Below, piece after piece: positions 27,301-39,519 of a stretch of DNA of 64,000 nt (position 1 is its first letter; each line of letters begins with the position of its first letter). The notes beneath the pieces were generated by a model. That model ran no database searches, was not told where the DNA came from, and was given only the letters and a program-made list of their open reading frames with translations. Position numbers and translations under genes: made by a program. Location of the stretch: positions 36,704,001 through 36,768,000 of the forward strand of contig OX597816.1 in NCBI GenBank assembly GCA_951406725.2, read 5' to 3'. The DNA comes from Octopus vulgaris. Taxonomy: Eukaryota.

Positions 27301-27549
27301 GGTTTATAAAACAATCAATAAAATGACAAGTTATCTTATTCCTCATATCTACGACAAAACTGCAGTAGTGTGTTTGGACCAATTGTGCTCGACTCGTGCA
27401 AAGGAAGACAATTGTACGAGATACAGTTGGAGCTGAATTAAAAATATAAGGTCGAAAGAAGATTCCATCACTGACGGTAATGTAATGTCCAATATTTGTA
27501 ACAACCAGCCAGCAGGTAAGGTGTTTGAAGAATTAAGATTGCATTTATC

Positions 27550-27760
27550 ATTCTCTTATTTTATTGATTAGACTATGGCCATGCTGGGGCACCACGTTTA
27601 AGAATGTTAGTGGCACGGATCGATTTCGGTACTCATATTCTTTAAGACTGATACTTATTCTCTCGGTCTGTTTTGCCGAAGTACTGAGGAAACTCGCAAA
27701 CACTTTATGTTCAGTGATGGTGGGACAAACACAGACACAAAGACACACAAACGCACATAC
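27550..27760 (-). mobile_element. SINE family A 3' half
   Basis: ggccatgctggggcacc...tacttattctctcggtctgttttgccgaa...gggacaaacacagacac. Confidence 0.75.
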
Positions 27761-27800
27761 ACAGGCATACACATATATATGTGCGTGTAAGAACCCTGTC

Positions 27801-27913
<113 letters not shown>

Positions 27914-28050
27914 GATGGGACTGCAGCTATAACATCTTTATACATTTTTTCTACATTCATTCTCCTATTTCCCTATGTACTCCTTAGTTGCTTCCTTTTC
28001 CAAAATAGCTTCTCATATTCCCCTCTATTTAACGATCACAGGATAGGCGA

Positions 28051-29288
28051 ATAAAGTATAAATGAGTAACAAAGAGGTACGGTTTTCAATTATGGCCGCT
28101 TCAACCGACTCCTTCAAATGATAAATGAAAACATTACATCATGTGAAAGAAACTGTTTGCGTCAGACAACTACATGAACTTCGAACATAAAGGACAATTC
28201 GACTGATTCCACATAGTCACCTCCACAGGGTTAAAATATTTACAACGATTCTGCTGCTATTCATCTGGCAGAAAGATTTGAGCAAATGGTATATAACATG
28301 TCAGAACAGATAGACCTTATAGGATAGTAGAGTTTACAGTAGTGGGAAGGAATAATTAAAATCAGTCACCCAGTTACTTATAGTTCAAAACAAAAGGAAG
28401 ATAGTTTCCAACCGTGTAGAACTAAGTTTCGAAATGTAGATTAGATGAAACAGGGACAACTGAAGAAGGGGAATATTCTTTAAGTTGTATGTCTCGTTTC
28501 TCTGTTTTTTATCGTTGTTCAAAAAAAGTTCGTTTCTATGTTTTGTTTTATGTTTTCATTTCTCATGTGTTCAACATTCTTTTTTATGTCCTGTACATAT
28601 ATGCATATATATATACATATATGCATGTATATATACATATATATGTAGGTATGTATATATATATATGTATGTATGTATGCATATATTTATATATTATTTA
28701 TATTATTATATTATCGAATGCCACGCATCTTTTTCCAAGTAAGATTTAAGGAAGTTGTACATGCATTCTGATCAGTGGTGATAAATCAATATCATGTCGG
28801 CCTACTAAACTACCATGTGTGGTGGAACAAACACATCCAGCTCTATCTACAGAAGTGGGTACTAATTTATCAACACTGACCAGAATGCTTATACAACTCC
28901 CCTAAACTTAATTCTAAACGGTTGGAAACAATCTCCCTCCTTTTGTCTTAAGCTATTGGTAACTGGGTCACTGATATCAATTATTTCTTCCACTGCTATA
29001 ACATCTACTATCTACTAAGTACTATTTGTTCAGAGATATAAACCATTTGGTAAAATCATTCTGCCAGCTGAATAGCAGCAGAATCGATGTAAATATTTTA
29101 GCCCTATGGAGTTGTGACTATGTTAAATCAATTGAATTTTCGTTTATATTTGAAGTTCATGCAGTCATCTGACGAAAACGGTTTCTTTGAAATGATGAAA
29201 TGTTTTCACAAATCAATTAAAAGACTCGTTTGAAATGGCCACAATAAATTGATATCTGTACCTCTTTGTTACTTATTTTTACATATGG
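28051..29288. mobile_element. Foldback/MITE-like element with ~380 bp inverted arms
   Basis: 28051-28429 aligns to the reverse complement of 28904-29288 throughout (e.g. gattctgctgctattca / tgaatagcagcagaatc; gagtaacaaagaggtac / gtacctctttgttactt). Confidence 0.85.
28430..28712 (+). mobile_element. Short non-autonomous repeat, copy 2, nested in the foldback spacer
   Basis: Paralog of 6881-7130. Confidence 0.7.
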
Positions 29289-29346
29289 ATTATGAATTAA
29301 AGTTGGTCTATAGGTACAGTTTTTCCTTTCCTTATACATGTGTATG

Positions 29347-29385
<39 letters not shown>

Positions 29386-29409
29386 ATGTTTGTATTTATG
29401 TATATGTAT

Positions 29410-29572
29410 ATACGACAGGCTTCTTTCAGATTCCATCTACAATATCCACTCAAAAAGCTTTGATTGGCCCGAGGCTATAGAAGAAGACACAAGACCAAGC
29501 TGCCACGCAATGGCAATGAACCCAGAGCCTTGTGATTGAGAATCATACTTTATACCACACAGCCAAGCCTGT
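29410..29572 (-). mobile_element. SINE family A 5' half
   Basis: gcttctttcag...ggcccgaggctatagaagaagacac...accacacagcca. Confidence 0.78.
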
Positions 29573-30257
29573 GTGTATATTTGTATATATTTACGCCTTG
29601 AATATCTGTGTTAACTAAAGAGGAACATATATTCTATACAGGATATGGAGTTTATTTCTTTAGTGAAGCTAAGTGTTTGGCCATTTAAAAATTAGAAAAT
29701 TCCGTAATCTTTCAACCGATTCAATGAGTCATAAAGGATATTGTGGATCGCATACTGAAGCAAATAGTTTAAATATTTACTAATATCCAGGGATTGCCAC
29801 CAATTAATCTTTCAAAAGTGTACTTCGTTTTGCATATCAAACATGCAAAAATGATTACGCTTGTAATTCCCATAGCAGCACTGTTTCTCCACGAAAACTG
29901 CTTTGTTAGCTAGTTTAAACTGATGCGATTTCGCGAGAAAATTTAGAAACAGCGAGTAATAGAATGAGTTTGTCAGGCATCTGTCAAATGCAATTAAGGC
30001 AAAGAAAACATATATTAAGTCACTCAAAACGTAACAAAAATTAGGAATCGAACACGTTAGGACAAACATAAGAGAAATTAAATTTCTAGTGATTATTCTA
30101 TTAATATCTAATTATATCAGTAAAAATTCACGATTGAATCGTAATACACATTCTACGGAACAATTGTTTTCGATGTAATACTATATATGTACACACAAAC
30201 ACACACACACACACACATACACACACATAGAAATATAGATATATCTATATCTATCTA

Positions 30258-30305
<48 letters not shown>

Positions 30306-31612
30306 AATGCATATATATGTGCATATATGCATATGTGTATATATATATATATATATATGTATATATGTGTGTGTATGTGTGTGTTGATAGATAGATAGAT
30401 ACGTTTAGATATACGCAATATAGATATTACTAACTGGCAGCAGAAGATTTAATTCTTTTGAAGCCGGTGAGTTACCAGCTGATTATTTCAACGTTTCATA
30501 GGAAAACAATTTTGTCTGATTAAGAAATATTCTACCTTTATAATTTTCGTCCAGACGTAATACCATAATAATTTTAACGCATTCAGTGTTTTAACTTATA
30601 ATAAAGTATTTCTCGTAAATAAACACTCAGCATGGTACCAGTTAACCGGAAGGTTACTAACTGTTTTCTACCTTGTGGTTTGTAATGTATCATGATATGA
30701 CTTTACGATTTATGGTGACTCAACATTTAATATAATCCATCATAAGTCTATGAAGAAAATCAGTCATTGTTCACTATCCATTTCTCCACATTTCACTTTG
30801 TCGTACGAGCTAGCCATTCTATCCACACCTTTCTTTAGTAATTCTTATCGTTCTGTCTCTTTTCCATCAAACATTTTAAAAATATTCCTATTTCAGGTAA
30901 CACGTCATCATTCTCTTCTAACGAAGGAAAGTGTCCATCCATTATTTTCAAGACTGTCTATTCATTAACCGTTTATTGTTTATTTAGACACAAGGCAGCG
31001 ATAATAGGAGGACGGAATTAGTCGATTGATTCCACTGCTTTACTGATAACCTTTTTATAGTCCCTTGAAGAATGAATGGGAGAATCACCATCATTTGATT
31101 TTTAACTTAAAACGTAAAAACTTGTAACTAAATACCGTGAAATATTTTGTCTGACAACTAATAAACCATCCTTCCACATAATTTAATATTTGCATATACA
31201 CCTACATCGGGTTTCATAGTCAAACACTCTAGCGAATCATCAATTATAAATCTCGACTTCCGTTTCTAGAAGATCAGAGACATCCCATTGTTCTAAGGAG
31301 CAATATAAGTAATTTTCTATCATTTTTCATTTTACCTTTGTTATTAAAATCAGCCTTTCGGGAATAGATGCCAGTATGTTTACGATGAGGAAAAGAGACT
31401 GATAGAATATATCCGAGACTTAAGAACGAATAATAAATGGTGATGTCGATTCGTTCAACTGAAATTCTTCAAGACGATGCCCCAGCCTAGCCACATAATA
31501 ATCACTGAAACAAGTACAAGAATAAAAGAATATTCTGTATTAACACACACACACACACATGATGTATGTGTGAGTGCATGCATGCGTATGTATGCGTGTG
31601 CGTGCGCATTCC

Positions 31613-32499
31613 TTTGTTTGTGCCTGTGTTAGTGTGTATGTATATATAATGGTTTATTGTAGATATTGTACATATTTGTATCCCTGCATATTAGATTCTG
31701 AATTACTAGAAAGCATTTTCTTCTAATTCCGTGTCTTAGTGGACACCATTTTTGTAGTAACACTGCAAAATTAGTCGATTGATCTAACGTATTGCATTTA
31801 ATTTAATTTGAGAATTAATTTTGTTACACAATATATTATTTAATTATTAGGTGGTATATTTATTATGTAGTATTAAATTTTAAGATAATTAGGTATTATA
31901 TTAATTGATATTTAGTCAACTATATTTTAGATTGATATGTTAAATCTATAGATACTGCACATGAATATAAATTATATAGTTAGCTTATTTAATGAGTTTG
32001 TCTATATTTGAACCATTTCTTATTTTGATTACAATTTAATAACTTGTACTAGCATTGTGTATATTAATTAATTTTAAAGTATTCAATAATTTAAGTATTG
32101 TTTTAGTTTTCACTTAATGAATATTTAATATTTCATATATATATATATATATATTAAAGTGTATTTATTAATTAATTATTTTATTATTCTAGTCTATTTT
32201 TAACCTGATGAGTGACTACATTTATATCGAAGTGATTTTACTACAACTATAATTTTTTACTATAATCATTTCTTAAATATAGCCACGAAACACGTGTCGT
32301 TATTCTACCAATTATATACGTTTACATTATTCTTTTGCAAGTTACTTAATCATTTGTTTGTGCGTGTGTTAGTGTGTATGTATATATAATGGTTTATTGT
32401 AGATATGTGTATCCCTGTATATGAGATTCTGAATTGCTAGAAAGCATTTTCTCCTAATTCCGTGTCTTACTGGACTCCATTTTTGTAGTAACACTGCAA
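31613..32499 (+). mobile_element. Retrozyme/pLTR-like unit: ~150 bp direct repeats (31613-31768, 32353-32499) around an AT-rich core with a hammerhead
   Basis: tttgtttgtg...gtagtaacactgcaa occurs twice with a period of ~740 bp; hammerhead at 32201-32302. Confidence 0.7.
32201..32302 (+). ncRNA. Type I hammerhead ribozyme with canonical core and extended stem II
   Basis: TAAC CTGATGA GTGACTACATTTA...TAAATATAGCCAC GAAA CACGTG TC GTTA: stem I TAAC/GTTA, GUC cleavage after 32298, palindromic ACACGTGT stem III. Confidence 0.85.
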
Positions 32500-34200
32500 T
32501 AGTTTCTTCAAAATGAAAAATAAATGCAATTGCAATGAGCCTATCGTAAAAGTGAAACAACGGGCATGTGGAATTCCAACACTATATATGTAAATTTTCT
32601 GATGATTAATTCTAATTAAATGTTAAATTATTTTAAATAAACGATTCGTGATATAAATCTACCGGATAGAAATTCATTTTTTTTTCCAGAATAATATCGT
32701 GGTGTAATTTCTATTTTATGCGATAATCATTCGATATATTGCGCTTAAAATATTATTAGTATCGTAAACAGAGATGCTCATGTCCGTCACATAACCAGAT
32801 CAAGATTAATTTAAAGTAATTTAGTTTTATATCTTTTAATCAAGCATGGAAATTCAGCACTTACCACCAAATGTGCACGATTGATTAAGTCTACTACATA
32901 TGTAAGCCAAAATGGTATTTGAAATCAGTATCCCAAGATACAGAACGAATACTGTAAAGCAAAGCACATGTTCCATCAGCTTTTTTTGTTTTGTTTTTTT
33001 TTAGTTGAATGGTAGCAACCACCATCGAAGCGGTACTCTGCTCTCGGCTCCTAAGTATTGACATTTTAAACTTGACCGGCGTGGAAAATTAGTGTTTTTC
33101 CTTTTTTATTTCGCTAAAGGGAAACATAGAAGATATGACAGCGGTGACGAGTTACATATGCCGTAAATGCACTTCGATTTACTGAATACAGTTCTTGCTA
33201 TCAGTTAAAAATCTTTGAAGTAGCTAAACTATTTTACAAAGTCTTTCAGTGAAATCAGCTAATACTGCTTGTTGTAAGGTAAGTATATTATTTTCTACCT
33301 GAATAATTTTTGATAAAACACAATTGTGAAGTTAAGAAACAAATATTGTAAAAGCATTATATGTGAATATTGTCTCTGCTGAACTTACTAATCGAAGGTG
33401 CACGAAATGCACTTTTCAATAATTGAAAAGGGACATTTTATGTCAACGTATGAATAAAATCAATATAAACTTAGTAAGCAGAAATATTTACGGTTAGATT
33501 TTAAGCTTTGATAAATCGTTGTCATAAATTCCAGTAGCTGCACTACATGACTTTCCTGGTATTTCATTCCACAGAAATATTTCTCTCAATTCGCAGTTCA
33601 TATTCTCATTGTAAAGCAAATGCCATCATCCGTGACATCCAGACTACAGTGAAGAAGACAAGCCAAATGATAACGAGCAATGGATAGAAGAATAATGAGA
33701 GAAACCTAATGACAGTTGATCTAGCAAGTAGGCCTCACTTCGGTGTAGGTAGGTAGGGGCGTAGTTCGCAACGATACCATCGAGAGAAAGGCCCCGCAAC
33801 GGCGATCATTTTCTCCTGATGATCCCATAAATTTGCAAGCTACCAGTAAGTGGCGCTTTCAACTGGTAGCTTTGTACCCGCAAGTTGTTAGTCAAAAATC
33901 AAATAACAAACAGATATTACGCAAGGTCAGCATAGAGAAGTAAAAAATAGAGCATCAACAAGAAATACTGGAAACATAGAAGCGTTAAGTACCGTTAATT
34001 TTTACCTAACTCAAAATGTCACCAAAGAATTGATCGATCGAATAACCTGTTCTGTGGTTAGCAAGATCAAAAACAAATTGAAATTTTACATGGAATAAAA
34101 GTGAGTGGCACCCTAGTAATAGATAATATGCCATAATAGTTTTGTGCTGTTATTCTATCTAAAGAGGCTTCTACCTTCGATACTTGTAACTTTAAGCATT

Positions 34201-34232
34201 GAGATAGATAGATAGATAGATAGATGGATGGG

Positions 34233-34276
<44 letters not shown>

Positions 34277-34277
34277 G

Positions 34278-34360
<83 letters not shown>
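34201..34360. repeat. (GATA)n microsatellite
   Basis: Direct observation; continues at 35470-35500 on the other side of the LINE. Confidence 0.95.
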
Positions 34361-34362
<2 letters not shown>

Positions 34363-34684
34363 TGTTTCTTTATTAGCCACACAGGGCTGCACACAGATAG
34401 AACAAATTACAAGGTAGAGCTTTTCTTTTGAAGGTTTAAAAAAAAAAAAAAAAAAAAAAAAGGAAGGGGGAGTTTCGATCAAAAGGGATCGTAAAAGGAG
34501 AGAAAGAGGACAAAAAAAAGGGGGGTTAAAAAAAAAGGGGGAGAGGAAAAAAAAATTGATCAATAGGGATCGTTATCACAGAAATGTCAATATGAAGTGT
34601 AAAGGGGAGGACAGGTGAGGTTTACCCGTGGAAAGAAAAGCCTACGGAAAAGACCACGGTAACCTCGGTCAATGAAGTCACATT

Positions 34685-34721
<37 letters not shown>

Positions 34722-35469
34722 AAATAAGCAACTCTCTGTTTTCGATTTCTGGGTTCATAGGACTATGCTCAAGGTGGCTTCGTCATTCATACGTGCCATT
34801 CTTGCTACATTCACCCATCTTTTTTAAAACATTCGCTAGACAAAACTTGCCTCTCTACTCTCACTTTCCTTTTCAAGTGGTACTTGAAGAAGTTGATGAG
34901 AGATTGACCAGAGAGGAAAGTGTTTGTCTCCAATCCTTTCAGACGCGTCCACCAGATACATTCTTTCGCCATAGCCACAAGGATGATGAAAATAGCTCTT
35001 CCTTCCCGTTTGAAGGAAGGAGGCGTGACAATATTGACGATAGACTCAGCTGATAAACCGACTCGTCCCACACGTGACAGCAGTTGTTCGACATAAGCCC
35101 ACAGGTCGGAAATTGTTGGGCACTGAACGAGTGCGTGCAGAACGGTTTCGTCGCTCTGACCGCATCTCGGGCAGGTCGGCCCCGTGTTTCTCGAGCCGTG
35201 TCTGTAGAGCTTATCCCGAACGGGTAGCGCTTCTCGGTAGCACTGCCAGGCCAGGGATCTCTGGAAGTTGTCCATGGGCCCTGGCCCGAAGGTCGTCCTG
35301 AACAGGCGGGTCAGGTACTCCTCGTCGACGTCCAGGTTCGCCCCGAGTTCGTCGTCGTACCTCCCCTCCACTAAACCCCTATAGAATGCTTTGGTTGTGT
35401 TGAAGTCACTTAAGGTCGACCCAGGACGGCAGAGTTGCTTGAGAGCAACGCGACACTCGCGGTGCCATT
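34361..35469 (-). mobile_element. 5'-truncated Tx1/L1-clade LINE 3' end (zf-RVT domain plus 3' UTR) inserted in (GATA)n
   Basis: ORF 34811-35371: LAWQCYREALPVRDKL...CPRCGQSDETVLHALVQCP (CCHC zf-RVT); AATAAA on minus at 34369-34374; GATA arrays on both sides. Confidence 0.9.
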
Positions 35470-35502
<33 letters not shown>

Positions 35503-35757
35503 GTCTCCAACGGAAGCAGTAGAAGGGGTCGATAAAACCTATGCTTTCAACGACTGAACTTTTGAAAGAGGGCAATTCCAGATGGATTGGCTATGTGGGT
35601 GCCTTTTCAAGCAATATCTGGGCTGATGATTTGTTTGTGTGTGTGTGTGAGAGAGAGAAAGAGTGAGTGAGTGGATGCATTTATAGGCACACACACTTAC
35701 ACATACACACACATACATACATACATACATACATACATACATACATGCATGCATGCA

Positions 35758-35861
<104 letters not shown>

Positions 35862-36339
35862 CAAAATAGGAGGCCTATAAGATATGGCCCAAGAACTCAC
35901 CACCATATAATGCACTATTTTTCTATTAACTGCATTACATAGGATGTTATATATATATATGTGTCCATACACCCTCAAAATTGTTAGAAAAAAGATACCA
36001 CAACCGAAGAGGCGCTTAAACGATTCTCCATTTCCCAGTACATTTTATTTTTTGTATGTTGACAGAACAATGTTATAACATATTCTGAAAATATGGCAGT
36101 TCATTCATGTTTGGAATTTACGTCGTTTCAATTCTTCAATATATGTTAGATTCTCTGTCGTTTAATATAAGCCAAACAAATTGTCTGTTGACTTAATGTT
36201 TATATCACTTCATAACAAAATATTTCAAAACAGATATGATTATTCCATTGAAACATAAGTTTAGTTGTATGTGGCAATAAAAATAATCTAAATTAAGAAT
36301 CGTTGCACCATGTAAAGACGTTTAGCTCCTTTCATCCGG

Positions 36340-36480
36340 TTTTACATTCCGCCGCGGTCGACTTTACCTTTCATTCTTTTGGGGGTCTATAAAATAATTA
36401 CCAGTTTAGAACTGGGTTCGATGTAATCGACATAGCCCGTCCTCTAAAATTGCTGGCTTTATACCAAAGTTTCACGCCAA
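36340..36480 (+). mobile_element. Partial SINE family B
   Basis: attccgccgcggtcgactttacctttcattctttt...actgggttcgatgtaatcgac. Confidence 0.7.
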
Positions 36481-37023
36481 TATTTTAAATTGTGTTTTAC
36501 ATGAATTAAACGATACTATTTCTATATACGGAAAACTTTAGTATAACATTGAGAGATGTTACCAAATAAATATGACCTACAGAAAAGTGCTACGTATCTT
36601 TCGAGCTTAATAAATACCTTGTTAGCTAATGTTCTGAGTATCTGTATGCAATTAAATATTTTGAACCTTTACCGTCATGGTTTGTCGTCAAGTGCTCGCG
36701 GTTCATGACACAACTGTAATTTGTATTTTCTTAGGTAATTTTCCATTTGGTCTGTTGTTGGTTAACGTACGTCTTTAGCATGAAAAAGTCATATAAATTC
36801 ATAGGTAGCAATTATCTGTAGTGCCTTCTAGGTATTGATTGTATAGTAGGTATTAAAACATTTCAATCAAAATGGCGGACGCCAACTTGTGCAGGGGTTA
36901 TTCTATGATTGATTTTGTATAGTTTATACAATTATTCGTTAACATTCTACGTAAAACTTGTGCAATGGGGAACACAAGGGATGCAAGATAACTAACAAGG
37001 ATTGGGAAATATGCGTTTGCATT

Positions 37024-37064
<41 letters not shown>

Positions 37065-37109
37065 AGAGAGAGAGAGAAAGGAAGAAAGAGAGAGGGAGAA
37101 AGATAGATT

Positions 37110-37184
<75 letters not shown>

Positions 37185-37529
37185 TAGATATATATGCATA
37201 TATGTGTATATTTACATATACGTATACGTATAAACACTCACGACCTCATTCACACACCCATACACATGTGTGTATGCGTGTGGGGGGTGTCTGTGTATAT
37301 GAAGTCATTCAGGAGAACCGATCTTATTTTCATTTCCCAGTGTCAAGAGCGGAAACACATCAACTTCAAATGTCTAACGTGTCTTCATTGTAGAGATGGA
37401 AAGATTTCTCTTGAATTGGATAAACAGTGGTGGTAGAAAACGTAGGAAAGTTGTTGCTAAAAGTCGCGGCTGAGGTGATAAACGTACTGTTTGTTCTAGC
37501 AGTATTGGTTGCATTTGTAAGTGATGGAA

Positions 37530-37860
37530 GTCGCTTTAGTTGAAATGGCAGAGATGGTTGTCAGAGTAATGTGGTGGTGTGGAGGGTTGTAAAGGGTGGT
37601 AGTTGTTGGGGGAATGGTGATGACAATAGTAACGTCGTGCTAGTGATGATGGTGGTTGTAATAGAAGCGCTAGTGTTAATATTTGCAGTAGTGTCAATGG
37701 TGGTGGTGGTTGCGTTGGTGCTTGTGGTGGCGGTAATGATGGCACTGCTGTTACTGAAGCTGATGCTGGTGGTTGTAATGGTTGGTGAAGCGATAGCGGT
37801 ATTGTGCTGAATGGTTGGGTGCATGGAAAATGGAATACGGTGGAATGGAGTATGAAGGAA
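37530..37860. repeat. Degenerate (TGG/TAG/TGA)n triplet low-complexity tract
   Basis: Direct observation. Confidence 0.8.
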
Positions 37861-37904
37861 CATCTAAAAAAACACATTATTTATTGTATATTATGTGTAC
37901 TATA

Positions 37905-38190
37905 CCCTTTTATTATGTACTTGCTTCAATCATTCAACTACAGTCATTTTGAGGTATCACCTTGATTGGGTTAAATCGAAAGAATCGACTCGGGTACTTA
38001 TTTTGTAAAGCCAGAAACCGTTTCTATAGACTAAATTTGACGAACTGCTAGTTTATGGGTATGGAAATAGACCAACACCGGTTGTCCAGCGGTTGTGGTG
38101 AGCAAACATAAACACAAAGACACTCACACACACTTAGTATACTACAGGCTTCTTTCAGTTTCTGCCTACCAAACTCATTCACAATGTTGT
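37905..38190 (-). mobile_element. Decayed SINE family A
   Basis: ccaacaccggttgtc...caggcttctttcagtttctgcctaccaaactc. Confidence 0.7.
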
Positions 38191-38229
38191 AAGTGTACTA
38201 TATAGGATTATAAAGTGTGTGATATAATA

Positions 38230-39150
38230 TATTGCTGCTCAGATAGACACATCTGCGACGCATCATCTCATTTTACAGAAGCTGCCCGATACTGTAAGTT
38301 TAAAGAAAATGGAAGTTCAACATCAACCCGATCCACAGTAAGAATACCATATCTCTCACATCTCCATCGTGCAAGACTGAACAAAAGACAGTCAAATACT
38401 TCTCCTTGTTCGGCTGCATCATTTCGTCAGATGTTAACATCGACAATAAAATTTACAACAGACTGGTCAATGCAAACAGTGCCTCCAACTAACTTTACAA
38501 ATTGTCTGCAACGTTAACCAACTGAAGGTCAATACGTACAGATCCGCCATTCTGACCAACCTCTTATTGCCGGTCGTCATTTTTAGGTACCACCTACGTC
38601 TTTAATCGATGCCATCAGGAGCACTGCCTTTGCATCGACCTAAGTATCTACCGAATGGCATTGCCGCTAACAACGTAGTCCTAGAACATACAAAGGACAC
38701 CACCATCAAAGAAAGTGAGCTGAAGCGGCAGCTACGCTGGTAGAATATGTTGCTTTGATGGAGGACCATCGAATTCCCAAGATCATGGTATATGGGTATA
38801 CCCTCCTCTGATCACTTTGGTGGAACACCAAAAAATTACCAGGTCCCCCTATATAAATCACTCGGCACCCGTTACATTGTCACCACCATTGTCTGATCTT
38901 GCCGTTCTCCGTAAAGCTTGGTTTCTCAGTCTTCCAGATAACGGTGTACTTTGAAGATACCCAAAGAAACATCCTCATAGACAAAAGAAAATGGAGGTAA
39001 AAACAATGATCCTATGACTGGAGCAGCCCACATTCCATGCCATCTGCATGGTGGTGCATTCCTGTTTCAAATTGGACTCGTCAGACATCAGCAAACCTCC
39101 AACAGACTTGCACATCCGTAAATATTTGCTTGGGAAGCTAAACCACCATA
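38230..39150 (+). mobile_element. Decayed RTE-clade LINE 3' portion
   Basis: GCIISSDVNIDNKI, LKRQLRW, MEDHRIPKIMVYG (from 38758), terminal FPC...IGLVRH and a gaagctaaacca tail. Confidence 0.75.
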
Positions 39151-39257
39151 TCATATAACATCTAACACAATATACTCTCTTATGTAACTCTTACATTTTA
39201 AAATATGTATGCGTGTGAGCGTGTTTGTGTTTGTGGCTTGTGTATATATATGTGTGT

Positions 39258-39295
<38 letters not shown>

Positions 39296-39336
39296 AAAGT
39301 AAAAGGTGTACAGGGAACTTGCCGTGAGGAATGTAA

Positions 39337-39374
39337 TATCTAACGTTTCGGATTCAATCCTCCGTCAGAGGACA
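39337..39374 (-). ncRNA. Hammerhead motif in the inverted pLTR (A9G)
   Basis: Minus: gtcct CTGACGG a GGAT tga ATCC GAAA CGT T agat. Confidence 0.65.
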
Positions 39375-39519
39375 GAGAAAAAGAGAAGAAAATGAGAAGA
39401 ACATCCAAACAAAGTTAACATCTCAGCTTGAAACACTAGCTGCAACTGATAAGGAACACAGAATAACACAGGCTGCTAACGTGACACAGAAGTTATGCAG
39501 AAGGGGAAGTAAATACTTT

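Noticed and set aside
29165-29200. CTGACGA...GAAA in the foldback arm
   Set aside because: Stems do not close properly and the motif is not preserved in the opposite arm
33260-33280. TAATACTG miR-8/miR-200-like seed
   Set aside because: Rest of the mature sequence does not match and no precursor hairpin is evident
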